Of a DNA stretch of 64,000 nucleotides, positions 1-11,777 are shown piece by piece. The DNA is from Trypanosoma brucei (lineage: Eukaryota): the NCBI GenBank assembly GCA_000002445.1, contig CP000069.1:1152001-1216000 (forward strand). Reading direction: 5' to 3'. Position numbers and translations under genes: made by a program. Under the pieces are notes generated by a model, which was not told where the DNA came from, ran no database searches, and worked only from the letters and a program-made list of their open reading frames with translations. The stretch's first letter is position 1. Each line of letters begins with the position of its first letter.

Positions 1-70
1 ATCACGTGAATGCATTGATGGTCGCACACACAACTCAGTTCCTTCTGACGCGAGAAAGATATATAATCGC

Positions 71-95
71 ATATATATATATATATATATATATA
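71..95. repeat. (AT)12 microsatellite
   Basis: Read directly from the sequence. Confidence 0.95.
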
Positions 96-744
96 CGGTG
101 CCTGGTGATAGGCACACCGACTCCTCCATGCAATTCCCCTCCCCCTACACACACGCACATATACAGAATCAAATAAACATATGGACATCACGGTAGTAAC
201 AGCTGAAGATTACACTTACACATGACGTTTCAACTACAACAGTCCCGATGACATTTCATATTTTTATCCCCACCCACACCGCAATTCCCCCACAGCGTTT
301 TGACATGTAGCTGATAACATGCACGCAAAAGGGAAACTAAACACACATATAAGGAAGTACAGGAGGAAACCAAGCGAGTGAAACAGATGATATGACTGTT
401 CCACAGCTTCAACAATAAGTTTCCCACTCGTCGCACCGTATAATAAACATTTAAAATATTCAGCGGCCAGCAAAAGGTGCGTAAGGTAATGGGGGAGAGG
501 AACATATAATGCAGAACGGAAGCAGAACGAATACAATGCAGTAAATAAGGATAAGCAAAACACAAAAGGTGTGCAAACGCAAAAACTAAAAAAAAAAAGA
601 AAAGGGAGAGAAACAGAGAAGCAGTAACCGAATACGCCAAAAATAAACACCACTAAACTCAAAAAAAAAACTGAAAAGGTCGAACCGCGCCCAAACACAC
701 ACAAACAAACAAACAAACATCAAAACATGGAAATCATGCCGTCT

Positions 745-2628
745 CTACGAAGCACTCCTCGCACAAAAGCTGTCAATTTTTCTTTGCAAGGAGGGAGTAA
801 ACTTCACTGAATTTGTTTCACGCGATTCCGTTGTTTTAAACTTCAGTGCCAAGGGTGAGGGCTGGTGACGCGCTTGCCGTAGGCCCGGTGTTGCTGTGCT
901 AGCAAGGGACGACCGATTGTAGTTTTGTGTCTCATCATCCTCCGATGGGCCTGTCTGTGAAGACTCTAACTGCCCATTACTGACTAAAATAACATCTGTC
1001 GTGTCGTGTATGGCCAGTGTTTCGCCTTCTGCTTCCTCATTTTGATGTGCAGTTGTTTGCGGAGACCCTCCTGAATTGGGTGCGGAAACGCTCATACTGC
1101 TTCTTGCCGAACGAGTACACACAGCATTGAGAGAAGGGACAACGGTAGTTGTGCTGGTAACGGAATTCCGCTGCTGAGTTGAAGAACCGAACAATGCCGA
1201 CTCGAATGCCTTCACATTATCCAGAAGAGGTTTAAGTTCTGCATATTCCTGTTGAACTAGCAACTCTATCTTTTTGTCCGATACTGCAATCGACGAACCG
1301 TTAAAGTGCTTAAGAACGATATACAGTGCTCTCGCCATCCTTCTACAACTAGTATCCCCCTTGCTCATGTATTGCTCAGCCAACCGGGTGAGATCATCAG
1401 GGGAATGCGCAGCCACCTCCGCACTATTGTTGCCTGCTTTCCTGCATTTTCCCCCACGAGACACAACAGTGCAGAGCGCTATATAACCCAAACACTTCCG
1501 CCGAAGCTCTGGATGAGTTCCGCCCACAAGCCCCTCAACGGCACTTTTCACAACGGCTGTGTGGCCACCGCTGCCAATCGCCAATGCCCGAACGGCCGTA
1601 TCCGATGCGTGTGCAATGGCAGATACCGTAACAAACACACCACGAAGCAGCACTGAACACCACTTTCCCGCAGCCACTACCAGTGGTCCCTCACTAAACA
1701 ACGAGGTTGAGGCCCTTTCTGCAACGATGACAATAATAGCACAGGCCTGTCGGCATATGGCAGAACGCTTTTCACCAGCGCAAACGGACAGAGGACCGGA
1801 GAGGTGTGAAATAACCTTACGAATGTTGCGATTGAAGTAGTCATCTGGCATGGCACTCAGCCAGTTCTCCAGAGTCCGCAGAGCAATAAGCCGCTCACCC
1901 GCCCCTTCCGACGTGGCCCCGCACACAAGTGCCAAGCGACGCACCTCTTGTTCTATATTTGCCTCATCCGGCAAATAGCGATCAATTGACTCCCCGTCGG
2001 CACCAGCAACGGAGCATTTACCAGCACTTTCGGAAAGTCCACGAGATGCACTTGATCCGGAGCAACCCAACATGGCCACGAGGGAAGCCTCATCCTCCAC
2101 CATGTAAAACTTGAACATCATATCCGGCGAGCCAGACGAGGCAGCTTTGATAAAGTCCAGATACTCCACTGCCTGCTGTAGTGCCTTCTCGGTTATATTA
2201 AAGTCATTCAAATCCTCCACCTTAATGCGCATAAGGGTACGTGTTGATTTACTTAGTTCAACCATTTCACTCAGAGTTTCAACAGGGAGCACGTCACGCA
2301 ATCGTGGTTCCAACTCCAAAGCACTGGCGCGTGCCAAAACTTTTGCCTGATGCATAGGAACCTCACCATCCCGCCGTTGTCGGTCAAAACTGACAACACT
2401 GCCCAGACCAATCTGCATAAGACACTGAAAAACAGTCTCCGGCTGCACACGAAGTGTTTGTGCCGTGCGCCTTACAACCTCAAAGAAGCTGGACAGCTCC
2501 TTCAACGTTTCATGGGTTTCTTGCAACTGTGCAGGAGTGTGTGGTGGACGACGGAGCGTGCCATGGAGTTCCATCTGCCGCTGCAGAAGTACGTTGATGT
2601 CCATTTCCTCTCGCCTTACACCCTGCAT
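745..2628 (-). CDS. Hypothetical conserved protein (627 aa). The N-terminal two thirds look like alpha-helical repeats and the C-terminus is Ser/Thr-rich low complexity.
   Basis: Long minus-strand ORF with a genuine ATG (plus-strand 'cat' at 2626-2628). Codon usage matches neighbouring genes. No family motif recognised by eye. Confidence 0.55.
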   Translation of the reverse strand: MQGVRREEMDINVLLQRQMELHGTLRRPPHTPAQLQETHETLKELSSFFEVVRRTAQTLRVQPETVFQCLMQIGLGSVVSFDRQRRDGEVPMHQAKVLARASALELEPRLRDVLPVETLSEMVELSKSTRTLMRIKVEDLNDFNITEKALQQAVEYLDFIKAASSGSPDMMFKFYMVEDEASLVAMLGCSGSSASRGLSESAGKCSVAGADGESIDRYLPDEANIEQEVRRLALVCGATSEGAGERLIALRTLENWLSAMPDDYFNRNIRKVISHLSGPLSVCAGEKRSAICRQACAIIVIVAERASTSLFSEGPLVVAAGKWCSVLLRGVFVTVSAIAHASDTAVRALAIGSGGHTAVVKSAVEGLVGGTHPELRRKCLGYIALCTVVSRGGKCRKAGNNSAEVAAHSPDDLTRLAEQYMSKGDTSCRRMARALYIVLKHFNGSSIAVSDKKIELLVQQEYAELKPLLDNVKAFESALFGSSTQQRNSVTSTTTVVPSLNAVCTRSARSSMSVSAPNSGGSPQTTAHQNEEAEGETLAIHDTTDVILVSNGQLESSQTGPSEDDETQNYNRSSLASTATPGLRQARHQPSPLALKFKTTESRETNSVKFTPSLQRKIDSFCARSAS

Positions 2629-3133
2629 CCCTTTTGTTTCTTAACTCTGTATATGTATAAAATTTATATATCCCTATATAACCCTACTACCGATGTTTCA
2701 TTTATTGTTAGCAAGTTATAACAACAAGCATAAACGCAATTACGAGGCGTCGTATCCACTGATGAATTTCCTTCACCAACATCGCTGGTAAAGCAATATG
2801 TTTATCGTAGAAAGACACATTTTTAATACGTAGTTTCGTGAGGTGTAGACATCACTTTCCCCTCACCATCTAATCAATGATACAGAAACCTAATACTTTA
2901 CCGGTCACCGAAGCTCTCCCGTTCTTTAGGATCAGCACGAAACAAATTTCTCGCATAGCCTGAACCTCACGCAACCGAGCACGAAACGTACGCTTTCCAT
3001 TCCTCTCTCTATGATATTGAAGTTTCGATCTTCTTATGTAAAAAAGGCAAGCCTTCCATTTACATCCTAAAACGAAACACCGAGTCTACGCACCACCGAT
3101 CAACCCTACCAAAACACAATATTCCTCGCCCGA

Positions 3134-3424
3134 TCAAAGAAGGTAAGGTGCATTTGATAATATACTGGCGACAGGTAATGCCGCGGCTATGCAATCCCCA
3201 GCGATAGTTAACTCCTCACTACGACGGTAACCAATAATCTCCACTGAACCGACTGCCAGCCCTTTCCTAACTTGCGATTCCTCATCCGCTAAAAATGGAA
3301 GATAAATCTGCTGCACCTCCTCTTCAGAGACGCAGGTGGGGAAGTCCGAAAGTTGTGGGATAGTTCGCCTGCTGTACTGAGCCCGAAGGAGTGCCTCCCG
3401 CAGTACTTCCATATCAAACGACAT
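3134..3424 (-). CDS. Small hypothetical protein (96 aa)
   Basis: ATG-initiated minus ORF (cat at 3422-3424), in line with the transcription-unit orientation. Faint resemblance to the L7Ae/L30e fold only, so no product assigned. Confidence 0.4.
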   Translation of the reverse strand: MSFDMEVLREALLRAQYSRRTIPQLSDFPTCVSEEEVQQIYLPFLADEESQVRKGLAVGSVEIIGYRRSEELTIAGDCIAAALPVASILSNAPYLL

Positions 3425-4030
3425 ATATTCTAGATTCCTATATATATATAAATATTAATGTTAAAAATAACGAAAAAGCAATAAAAAGGGAAGCAATATC
3501 CGTGTCAACCACGGTAGAGCTCACCAGCGAGCGATAGCGCTGCTCTCATTATTATATTATTGTGCAATACACACATATATAAGGAAACGAACAAAGTAAA
3601 CGATAAAAAGGAAATAGAGTAAGAAGGTATTTGAAAACAAATGTAGGTAACAGGGAGAAAGGCACAGCGTCAGCAGTCAAAAAAAAAAAGGAACAGATGG
3701 TTAAGTGCACAAGAAACACAACTCTTATACCACATGAAAAAGAAACGTCATGAAACTGGTGCAAAGAGTAAACAAAGGAATCGAAGATGTACATAGCGGA
3801 GTCGCACCACGAAAACAGAAACGGGGACTGCCAAAAGAGAGAGAGAGAGAGTTCGGATACAGTGGAGCGTGCACAACACCATAGACCTCTTTCTCCCTGA
3901 AGTCCCGCTCTCGTTACTAAACACTGGAGCAAACCGAAAGACGTCTAACGAGGAGCCAGCAGACGGGAAAACGGAGAGCCTTACTTGGAATCCGTATCTA
4001 CATCTCTCTGCATATATATATATATGTAAT

Positions 4031-4510
4031 TTAGACGCCTACAAACCCCACGTTGAGTTCAGCACCGGTGCCTCCTCGGGCGTCTGCCGCCTGTTGTTGC
4101 TGTTGGTTGCCCACTTCATTGCTTGTCGCAGCCGCCTCCATGGAGTCCAGTTTAGCCGTTCCTTCCGCCGTCACCTCCGGCGAGTTCAGCGAATCCCCTT
4201 GCGGGGCCGCCATCGCTTCCTCTACAGTCTCCCAAATATGTTCGCTAGTGCCATCACCTTTCGCGCCTTTGGAGTGAACCACAACAAGTTCAGCTCCTTC
4301 AGCCTCTATTCCACAACCGTAAAGTGTAAGAAAGTCGTCAAGACTCTGCTGCCCCAAATAAAGACGGGCATTATAAAATATGTGGCCTGTTAACTTTCCA
4401 TATCGCTCCTTGATAGCCTGAACCGTATCGTTGTGTACGTCACAGTGTACAAATATGGAGAGGTTATACCGCCTTAACCTCACATAGTGCGGCGGCGGAA
4501 TGGCCGACAT
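4031..4510 (-). CDS. Thioredoxin-fold-like protein (159 aa from the first ATG) with a Gln-rich acidic C-terminal extension.
   Basis: The middle region (NLSIFVHCDVHNDTVQAIKERYGKLTGHIFYNARLYLGQ) aligns by eye to the thioredoxin/Dim1 beta3-alpha3-beta4 region ([29 protein letters not shown]). The listed ORF start at 4570 is TTG. The first ATG is at 4508-4510. Confidence 0.45.
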   Translation of the reverse strand: MSAIPPPHYVRLRRYNLSIFVHCDVHNDTVQAIKERYGKLTGHIFYNARLYLGQQSLDDFLTLYGCGIEAEGAELVVVHSKGAKGDGTSEHIWETVEEAMAAPQGDSLNSPEVTAEGTAKLDSMEAAATSNEVGNQQQQQAADARGGTGAELNVGFVGV

Positions 4511-4850
4511 CAAAACTACACAAGATCCGAACCAGTCGGTTATGAGTGCAATAAAATGACTATAGTGCAATCGGCTTCGAGAGGGAGAATAAGAAGAAAA
4601 CGCGAGAAGAAATTTTAAGAAAAGAAAAAGAGCGCTAAAAGATAAGTTGTTTTAATCTAATTTGTAATGAAAGAAAATTAACGGTTGCGGTATACACCTT
4701 GTCCTATCAGGGGCAGATTATGCGCTTTCCTTCCTTTGAAACACAACAGTTGTAAAGACAAGTGAGTCAACGCCCGTCAATAATAACCTGGCTTTAGGTT
4801 GGTCACTGTTAAAATTCAAATTACCGATAACGTGTTACCTCCACCCGTTC

Positions 4851-6131
4851 CTATTCATTGTACTCTTTCTGCCTGACGTAGTTGGCGAACTTGTGGTCAG
4901 CATCCTTTAACATCTTATTGGATAGACGGCCACGACGACGGTAAGGATTACCCATATCCAACACTAAGCGGTTGACGCCAGGCATCACCTCCTTTTCCCG
5001 TCCAATAGGAGCGGTCAGCTCAAACTTGAAGTCACGATGAACCTGATGAATCGTTGGAGAGTACCGCAGTAGTTCATCTGGCGTTGGCGCGTTCGTGAGG
5101 TGTTGGGCCCGCCGCTTCCAGTGTCCGCGCATCGTATGAATGCGACCAGCGAAGTCTCTCATGTTGAAGAACTTCTTGTCGATCATTTCTTTGCGCTGTT
5201 GGAGCACACGTATGGCACCTTCTACATCCCCAATCTCATTAAAGGTGGTTTCCGCACGCTCCAAGCACTGATCCACCAGTGCAAATGTTCGATCATAGTC
5301 GAACGGGCTAAAGTAAACGAACTTTTCCTCGAAGTTATAGTTAAACCGACGACCAAGGCGAGGCAAAAGCCTTAACATGCGGTGAGACTCGCCCCAGTTG
5401 TGAAAACTATTCACAACCTCCAGCGCCTCTTCGTAGGCTTCAGTTGCTTCCCGTTTCATGCCGAGTGCCTCCCGCGTGATTCCCAGCTCCAGCAGAGCCT
5501 CGCAGATCAACTCAAGAGAAGGACGGGTTGACGCGTCCAACATGCGCAGAACTTCCTCAATATTTGCCAAACTACTTTCCAAGCGGCCCGTTTGACGAAA
5601 CGCAGCTGACAACTTAATCCTTATTCCTATACGCTGCGCGTGATTCTCCGGATATGCATAATTGTACGCCTTCGCAACCACTCCGTAGTGTTCCAATGCC
5701 TCTTGAAACATACCACCTTCCATGTAATAGTCACCCTGCAGCTCCAGTTTGGCCACCTCACCAAGCGGGACATACGGCCGTTCAACCTGTGGTGCTTCCT
5801 TTAGCTGTTGGGTGTTGTCAACGCGCATGACATCAGTGCTGTCAGCATCATCCCACGACACTCCAGGTGTTTTTTCTCCTTTGGAGACGTCCACTTTATT
5901 ACCCTTGTTGCTGCCTCTTTTGGCAGCTGCTTCTAGCTCAGAGCGCTTCTGCAAAATCGCACTAACGCTTACATCTGCTGGTAGGCGCTGCTTCGGTTGC
6001 ACCAGTTGGTTAGGATACAACACACCGGTGTAATAGGAAGTGTAGAGTCGCGTAACCCATCGCCGCTGGCACTGGAGCGGCGCCGAGGAAAATAGTAATG
6101 CTCCCCGAGACGAAAAAGCGTTTCTGGACAT
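4851..6131 (-). CDS. Helical-repeat (TPR-like) protein with an N-terminal mitochondrial-presequence-like segment (426 aa).
   Basis: The listed start at 6140 is GTG. The first ATG is at 6129-6131 and gives MSRNAFSSRGALLFSSAPLQCQRRW (basic, hydroxylated, no acidic residues). The central region has TPR-like A/L/E-rich repeats (EALEHYGVVAKAYNYA, REATEAYEEALEVVNSF). Confidence 0.55.
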   Translation of the reverse strand: MSRNAFSSRGALLFSSAPLQCQRRWVTRLYTSYYTGVLYPNQLVQPKQRLPADVSVSAILQKRSELEAAAKRGSNKGNKVDVSKGEKTPGVSWDDADSTDVMRVDNTQQLKEAPQVERPYVPLGEVAKLELQGDYYMEGGMFQEALEHYGVVAKAYNYAYPENHAQRIGIRIKLSAAFRQTGRLESSLANIEEVLRMLDASTRPSLELICEALLELGITREALGMKREATEAYEEALEVVNSFHNWGESHRMLRLLPRLGRRFNYNFEEKFVYFSPFDYDRTFALVDQCLERAETTFNEIGDVEGAIRVLQQRKEMIDKKFFNMRDFAGRIHTMRGHWKRRAQHLTNAPTPDELLRYSPTIHQVHRDFKFELTAPIGREKEVMPGVNRLVLDMGNPYRRRGRLSNKMLKDADHKFANYVRQKEYNE

Positions 6132-6960
6132 CTGCTTCACAACTGTACACTAGAAAATGGTTGTTGAAACGTATGACCCCTAACCACAACAAGCTCCCCT
6201 TCAAACACCCTGATGCCAATAAATACGTATATATGTGACAAATCGACTTGTTACCTCACGTTCCCCGTTGGTGACTGGGAAATGGGACCCACAACGCAAG
6301 TGTAATAGAGTTTTTCCTCAACAGCACAACGTCGAACAAACACTCTTGAGAATATGATGAGAAACGAAGGAATCAAAAAAGAAGGCCAAACCGAGATAGA
6401 AGCAGCAAAACAAAAAAAAATTGCATCACATGAAGAAAGGAACTTCGTACATGAAGAATTTCAGGACATAATAAAGTTTCAGCAGCAAAATATTTTGTGA
6501 CTGGAATCGGGTTCTGTCAAACGCCACAACCACATTGAAGCATTTCAAAAGATAGCATAAATACCAAGCACTTGTAAGGGGTATGTAGGAGGGCCCCGTT
6601 ATACATAAGTGCTGCTCACAATATCCACAGTGCAACAGCTAAAAGATGCCTTTTTAGCAGAAAGAAAAAGTTGTAATGACAAGAGCAGCAACAATTCTGA
6701 CAAACCAGGATTCCATCCATCAAATTACCTGAAGTTTTTGCCAGCTTCGTAAACCACCACAGAACTCCCACAGAAGCTTCCATGACCCCACTTACTTTTT
6801 TTCCTTCTTGCGTTCCATTGACCAACCAACCCCCCCCCCCACACACACGCAAAACCCATACATCATGATATACAGAAGAAGCGAATGCTAAGAACTACCA
6901 TTTCCTTGTTTGCCTTTGTTCAACATCAAAAAAAGATTATACGCACTTCGTTCGTGTGCC

Positions 6961-8055
6961 TTAAACGTTTCCAGCTGGCGCATTCTTACCCCCAACATCA
7001 TTGTAATCCCCCCGCATATTCCCCTGCCGGAAGTTCTCCGCTACTTGGGAAATAAATTGGCCCCCTGTACGAAATGTGTCGATGTGAGGAACCATCTCAG
7101 GGAACTGTGTGATTCCCTTCAAACGATAATTGACAACTGACATTATGACCATGTATACGGCAAAAAGGGAAGTAATAAGGAAGAAGTAAAAGGAAGCGGA
7201 GTGACCTTTTTTATCCTTTGAATTACCGGACCCGTCAGTGGCATTGGGATCTGACGCTTGCCCAGAGCCGCTGCCACCATCGTCATCCGCTGTCCAGACA
7301 ACGCCCACAGAAAGCGACATCACTTTATTCGCAGATATTGCAGGAACAAACGAGAAATACAAAACGCTGCTGTTCCACGGCATAACTTTACTGCTCTCAT
7401 GTGTTCCAACATCTTGAGCCTCAGGCATTTTCAATAAGTGAAAATGCTGCGGCTTCCCACCATCCAGTGGCCCATCAGCCAACCGCAACATCACCGCCTT
7501 TGTTTTTTCCATGGGAACCGCTTGAAAGTATATTTTGGCGGGTAGGACCGGCTGCCCCAGACTCGTAGGAATGGGGGAAATAAATGATGTATGAGGGGAT
7601 ACGCTGATGAAGCAAGATGGATTGTTTGCGTGGTAGCTCCAGAAGCGGAACGGGACGGGGCCATCCGGTCTCACACGCCGTATTTCAACATCAATATTGG
7701 TACCGGCCTCAACGTTCCGCAATAAAAGTATACCCGCGTCATCTGATACCGAAGTTGCAGTTGCACCTTCACGTAGGCGATATGTAGCATTTATTTGGGC
7801 CAAGCGCTCCGAAACCCCCTCTGTGTTCATTGGAAAGGGCCGCACGATAAGAACAATTGCCTCGCCGTCCCCGGGTGGTTTCGGAACTCCAATCCGCAGG
7901 AGATGATTGCTCTCACCAGCAAACCCCCGCACTTCACCGCACATGGGAACAACAACATGATCACTCCCACTGACGGCGAGTGTCAAAAAAAATTGAAATG
8001 CAATCAACAGAAGGCAGACGCCTGACACCTGATGTCCCTTTCCGTGTCCCGGCAT
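6961..8055 (-). CDS. Type I membrane glycoprotein: signal peptide, lumenal domain, and a single C-terminal TM (364 aa).
   Basis: ATG at 8053-8055. N-terminal hydrophobic signal (VCLLLIAFQFFLTLAVSGS). C-terminal TM (FYFFLITSLFAVYMVIMSVV) followed by a basic stop-transfer. Several N-x-S/T sites. Confidence 0.55.
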   Translation of the reverse strand: MPGHGKGHQVSGVCLLLIAFQFFLTLAVSGSDHVVVPMCGEVRGFAGESNHLLRIGVPKPPGDGEAIVLIVRPFPMNTEGVSERLAQINATYRLREGATATSVSDDAGILLLRNVEAGTNIDVEIRRVRPDGPVPFRFWSYHANNPSCFISVSPHTSFISPIPTSLGQPVLPAKIYFQAVPMEKTKAVMLRLADGPLDGGKPQHFHLLKMPEAQDVGTHESSKVMPWNSSVLYFSFVPAISANKVMSLSVGVVWTADDDGGSGSGQASDPNATDGSGNSKDKKGHSASFYFFLITSLFAVYMVIMSVVNYRLKGITQFPEMVPHIDTFRTGGQFISQVAENFRQGNMRGDYNDVGGKNAPAGNV

Positions 8056-9261
8056 GGTGTGTACTTCCCTAACCTTCGTCTTACTTTAAATATGTAAGCT
8101 ACTCCAATCCAGCGATGGTGCGAGATTAGTCGTCATCAATTCGTTAAAAGAAAAAAAAAGTAGCAGTTGACAGAAAGCGGGAACAGAGTCAAGTAACCTA
8201 CGCATGGGGAATGCAACATAGCGTAGCAGATGCGGTAAAAAAAAATCACAAAATATTCCCATGACACCGTTTGACAACCATCACCCCCGAGGGAACTGGA
8301 ACAACACTACGTTATCGACAAGATGGCGTGCCTCATCGGCACTAATGTCATACCCATGCGTCTATAAAATTAGTGCTTTACTTTTTCCTCCTTGCCCACT
8401 ACCGGAATTACAACCCCAGCATCCACACCCTCAGCCTCAATGTCATAGTTGTTTGTTTGTTTTTTTCTTTGACCCACCCCCAAATCTTCATAATCACTGA
8501 CACAAATTGACCTTCTAATTACATATTTGTAATCCATCTCCCCCCCTCCACACACAAACACACACCACCACATCCTCTGAGAGTCTTCTTATTCCTACAT
8601 GGCAAAACCCAGATGCAGGCAGCTTCAAAAGAACATTCATTGAAGACTCGCATCTTTGGTCTCCAAAGCCAGCGAAAGTGTTCAACGCGTTCACAATCAT
8701 ATACATTGGAACAAAAAGGAAAGTGTGGTTTGTGCGTCCGACAACGCCCTGCACGACGTACACGGTGTACAGAAAATGTGCAGACAAACAAGACAATAAC
8801 ACGTAAAAATAAAGATAACAATGCCCCACAGCACTCCCGCCATCACTTTGTAAGGGTTGCACAAATAACATGGCGCACACCTCCAATGTTGAGCAGCGGG
8901 GCCGTGACGAACACAACACCAATCCCCCTTAGCTAATGGCGCAAGTGGTTGGTGCCACAATATTCGCGGTGAGATGTACCCAATTCAGGAACGCATTAGT
9001 AAATCGTTCCTTGACTTCGGAGGCACCGTTCCCGCACACGCATATAGGGAGAAATGCGGCAACCAAGAAAGGCAAGATAAAAAAAAAAACGAACAGGCTC
9101 CGTGTACCACACCGTATGAATAACGATGACAAGACATCTCCTCTTGCATAAAGAAAATATAAATGAGATCCACCAACACAAGAGTCAATGTGGAGACAAG
9201 TTCTAGGAAACACAGAGATTAGTGAATTATGTCTGCCACACACACACACCCTTCCCCAATC

Positions 9262-9753
9262 CTAACGGCGATATTCCTCGTCACTTATACTGTTCAGTTC
9301 ACGTGTCCTCATGACCGGTTTGTTGCGCTTCGTGCTCATAATACCACGCTCATTCAACTTCATGTTTGTTTTGGGTGGCTCACCGTTTCGAACGGACTTC
9401 AAGCGCGAAATTTGTTTGTTCTTCGAGTCCAACTTTTCCTTCACCTTCCCAGTGGGAATGCGAACCCCACGGAGAACACCAGGCCCGGAGAGTTCAACTT
9501 CCACGCCAACTGGAGCTTCCAATGTCACGTCCTCCGAACTGTCACACGACTCAAAGACCTCAGTAACGAGGGGCGCATCTTTTTCAGTAATGAATGACGT
9601 GGGTTCCAGTTCAATTACTTGAAGATGCTCGGGGAAAAAATGATCGCTTTCCTCAGAATCACTGTGGTAATGACGACGCAGTGACGACAATCGGTTACCG
9701 CTGTGGTCACTGCGCGAGTTGCGGGGGTTGGGATTGTCCCGTGGATCCTCCAT
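9262..9753 (-). CDS. Hypothetical protein (163 aa). Ser/Asp/Glu-rich and basic.
   Basis: The listed start at 9771 is TTG. The first ATG is at 9751-9753 (MEDPRDNPNP...). No motif recognised. Confidence 0.4.
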   Translation of the reverse strand: MEDPRDNPNPRNSRSDHSGNRLSSLRRHYHSDSEESDHFFPEHLQVIELEPTSFITEKDAPLVTEVFESCDSSEDVTLEAPVGVEVELSGPGVLRGVRIPTGKVKEKLDSKNKQISRLKSVRNGEPPKTNMKLNERGIMSTKRNKPVMRTRELNSISDEEYRR

Positions 9754-11504
9754 AACTTGAGGAATGTACAAATCGTTACACCGTGCTCAGAGTGGACTCT
9801 GCCTTACTCTTGTCACCACTATTATTTTTTTCTACTTTTTGGCTCTTCGTTGCACTTTGGATTCGTCCCCCCTCTTCTTTTCCCTCACTTCTAGTATTTT
9901 ACCCCACTTTTGGGTTGTTATATATATATATATAACACTAGTAAGGTCAGAGGTAGATCCGGTGGTATTCGGTGAGTGTATACAGTGACTCCTTATGCAG
10001 TGATTCAGTTCCTCACTGCACTTTGTTTCCGTGTTTTCCTTAGGTATATTTTTTTTTAGTTTCCCTTTGCTTATTTTTGCGTCTTCCTCAGCTCGGGTTA
10101 CACAGTGAGTATGTATACGTAGTGTTCTGCTGTTGCTATTACTGCCTTATGTGGCTTCTCGCAATGCTGTTTTCAACGAGTACAAAAGCCTTTCACCATC
10201 GAAAAACACACGACAGGCCGTGTGGTGCTCCCACGTTTTTTTCCCTCCCTATTCGGATGTCCTTTTAATTCCCTCCTTTCGTTTTTTTTGTTCTTCACAG
10301 TACCGTTCCCCCAACTTCTCTCCTGATAATAAACTATGAGTTAACAATCCGAACACGACTGCTTCAACAAAGTGAAGGAGAGAGTAAGCACGGATTAAAT
10401 ATGTAAATCCAACACCTTCCCGTCGCTATTATCTTCTCCCTTCCCCCTGTAAGCTCTCTTTGTTGCGGTGAAAATTGTCAGTGACCGAATGCCCGCACAG
10501 AAACGTAACCGTACGTGCAATAAGGCCAGCACAGCTTGGAAATTTTTAAAATATATATATATATATTTTTTTTTTATAACGAAAAATAAATGGGTTGGAT
10601 CCTCCCACGTAACTGAGTAAACTAAATGTAAGAAAAAGAAAATAAAAAACAAAAATGACAGAATTTATACGAAGGTTACGCCACAAGTAGTCAGGTATTT
10701 GAAATACATGTACCAAACAGGAGAAACATAAAGAGGGAGAGAAGATCTCGCTATTGAACAGTTTCAGATAATAAAAATGTAAAGAGTGTAAAAAGGGGTA
10801 AACTAGATTTACTACGCCCCACTACTCGAACCCCTCAACAGAGCGCAAGAGAATAACGATAACATCAACAAAACGAACAAACCGGTTGTCAAAAAACTGA
10901 CCTGCTGCCACCAGTTAGTTAAAGCTCTGCAGTCACATGACATAAAATGTGCGAGCACAAACACAACTGAGAGAAGATAACAACATAACGAATCACAGCT
11001 CCGTTCGAGGGGGCGTATATTCATGTTCACATCCAATCACACAAACTGTACATTTTTACCCAACCAACCAACCAACCAACCCCCACAGCTCACAGATTCT
11101 CATTACCTTAAAAAACAAAAAAAAAATCACAATAAAGAAGAAAAGCAAAACAAAAAAGGAACGAAGAATATAATATATTATTTGCGTTAGAAAAGGAGGT
11201 AAAAAAAATTAGAAAGGAAGTCACATGACGAATACCACCCAGTGAGTTGTTGCCAATGCCCGATTTACAACAAACAAGCAATCAATCAATCAAACAAACA
11301 AACAGAGAACAATCGAGAAAACGAAGGCACGAAATAAGCCACCATATTGAGGACCCAACCCCGAAACAAGCGCCACCGAAAATCTTCTCCCACACAAGAT
11401 TAACGCTTGAAGGCGTAAGAACTCATAGGTGTGCAGGCAGCGCCCCTGCGCATATTTTATCAGTGATTTATCTATGAGCATATTCATCCAACTGTAGCAT
11501 TGGT

Positions 11505-11556
11505 TCTCTCTCTCTCTCTCTCTTTCTCCTCCTCCTCCTCCTTCTCCCTCTCCTTT
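11505..11556. repeat. (CT)n-(CCT)n polypyrimidine microsatellite
   Basis: ctctctctctctctctctttctcctcctcctcctccttctccctctcc read directly. Confidence 0.9.
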
Positions 11557-11777
11557 TCTTCACACTCTTCATGTATAAATATATAAATGTATACTTCACA
11601 AATATATATCACATACACGCACAATTACATGTTATATATAAATACATGCATTGCATGTCTTTAATTACAAAAATTGGTTAGTGTGTGGGCCTCCTGAACT
11701 TCCCTCGATTTGAGCAGAACAAGGGGGAAAGGAAAAAAGAGCATCAAGTCTTCTGAATGCCACACGTCCTGCAGTGG

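Noticed and set aside
230-716. Two minus ORFs (136 and 150 aa) at the left edge
   Set aside because: They are F/L/S/C-rich translations of a purine-rich (plus) processing region for a gene lying left of the window.
1306-1656. Plus-strand ORFs generally (e.g. 1306..1656, 17889..18380, 50796..51305, 33931..34338)
   Set aside because: Each one overlaps a better-supported minus-strand gene with recognisable motifs. There is no polypyrimidine tract/AG context on the plus strand, and the rest of the window points one way.
6828-6840. C12 homopolymer (G12 on the transcribed strand) as a possible G-quadruplex or regulatory element
   Set aside because: It is a single run without neighbouring G-tracts. 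It is most simply a homopolymer within a purine/pyrimidine-skewed spacer.
10811-10840. GGGGTTCGAG on the minus strand resembling a tRNA T-loop
   Set aside because: No complementary T-stem, acceptor stem or anticodon arm could be built around it.
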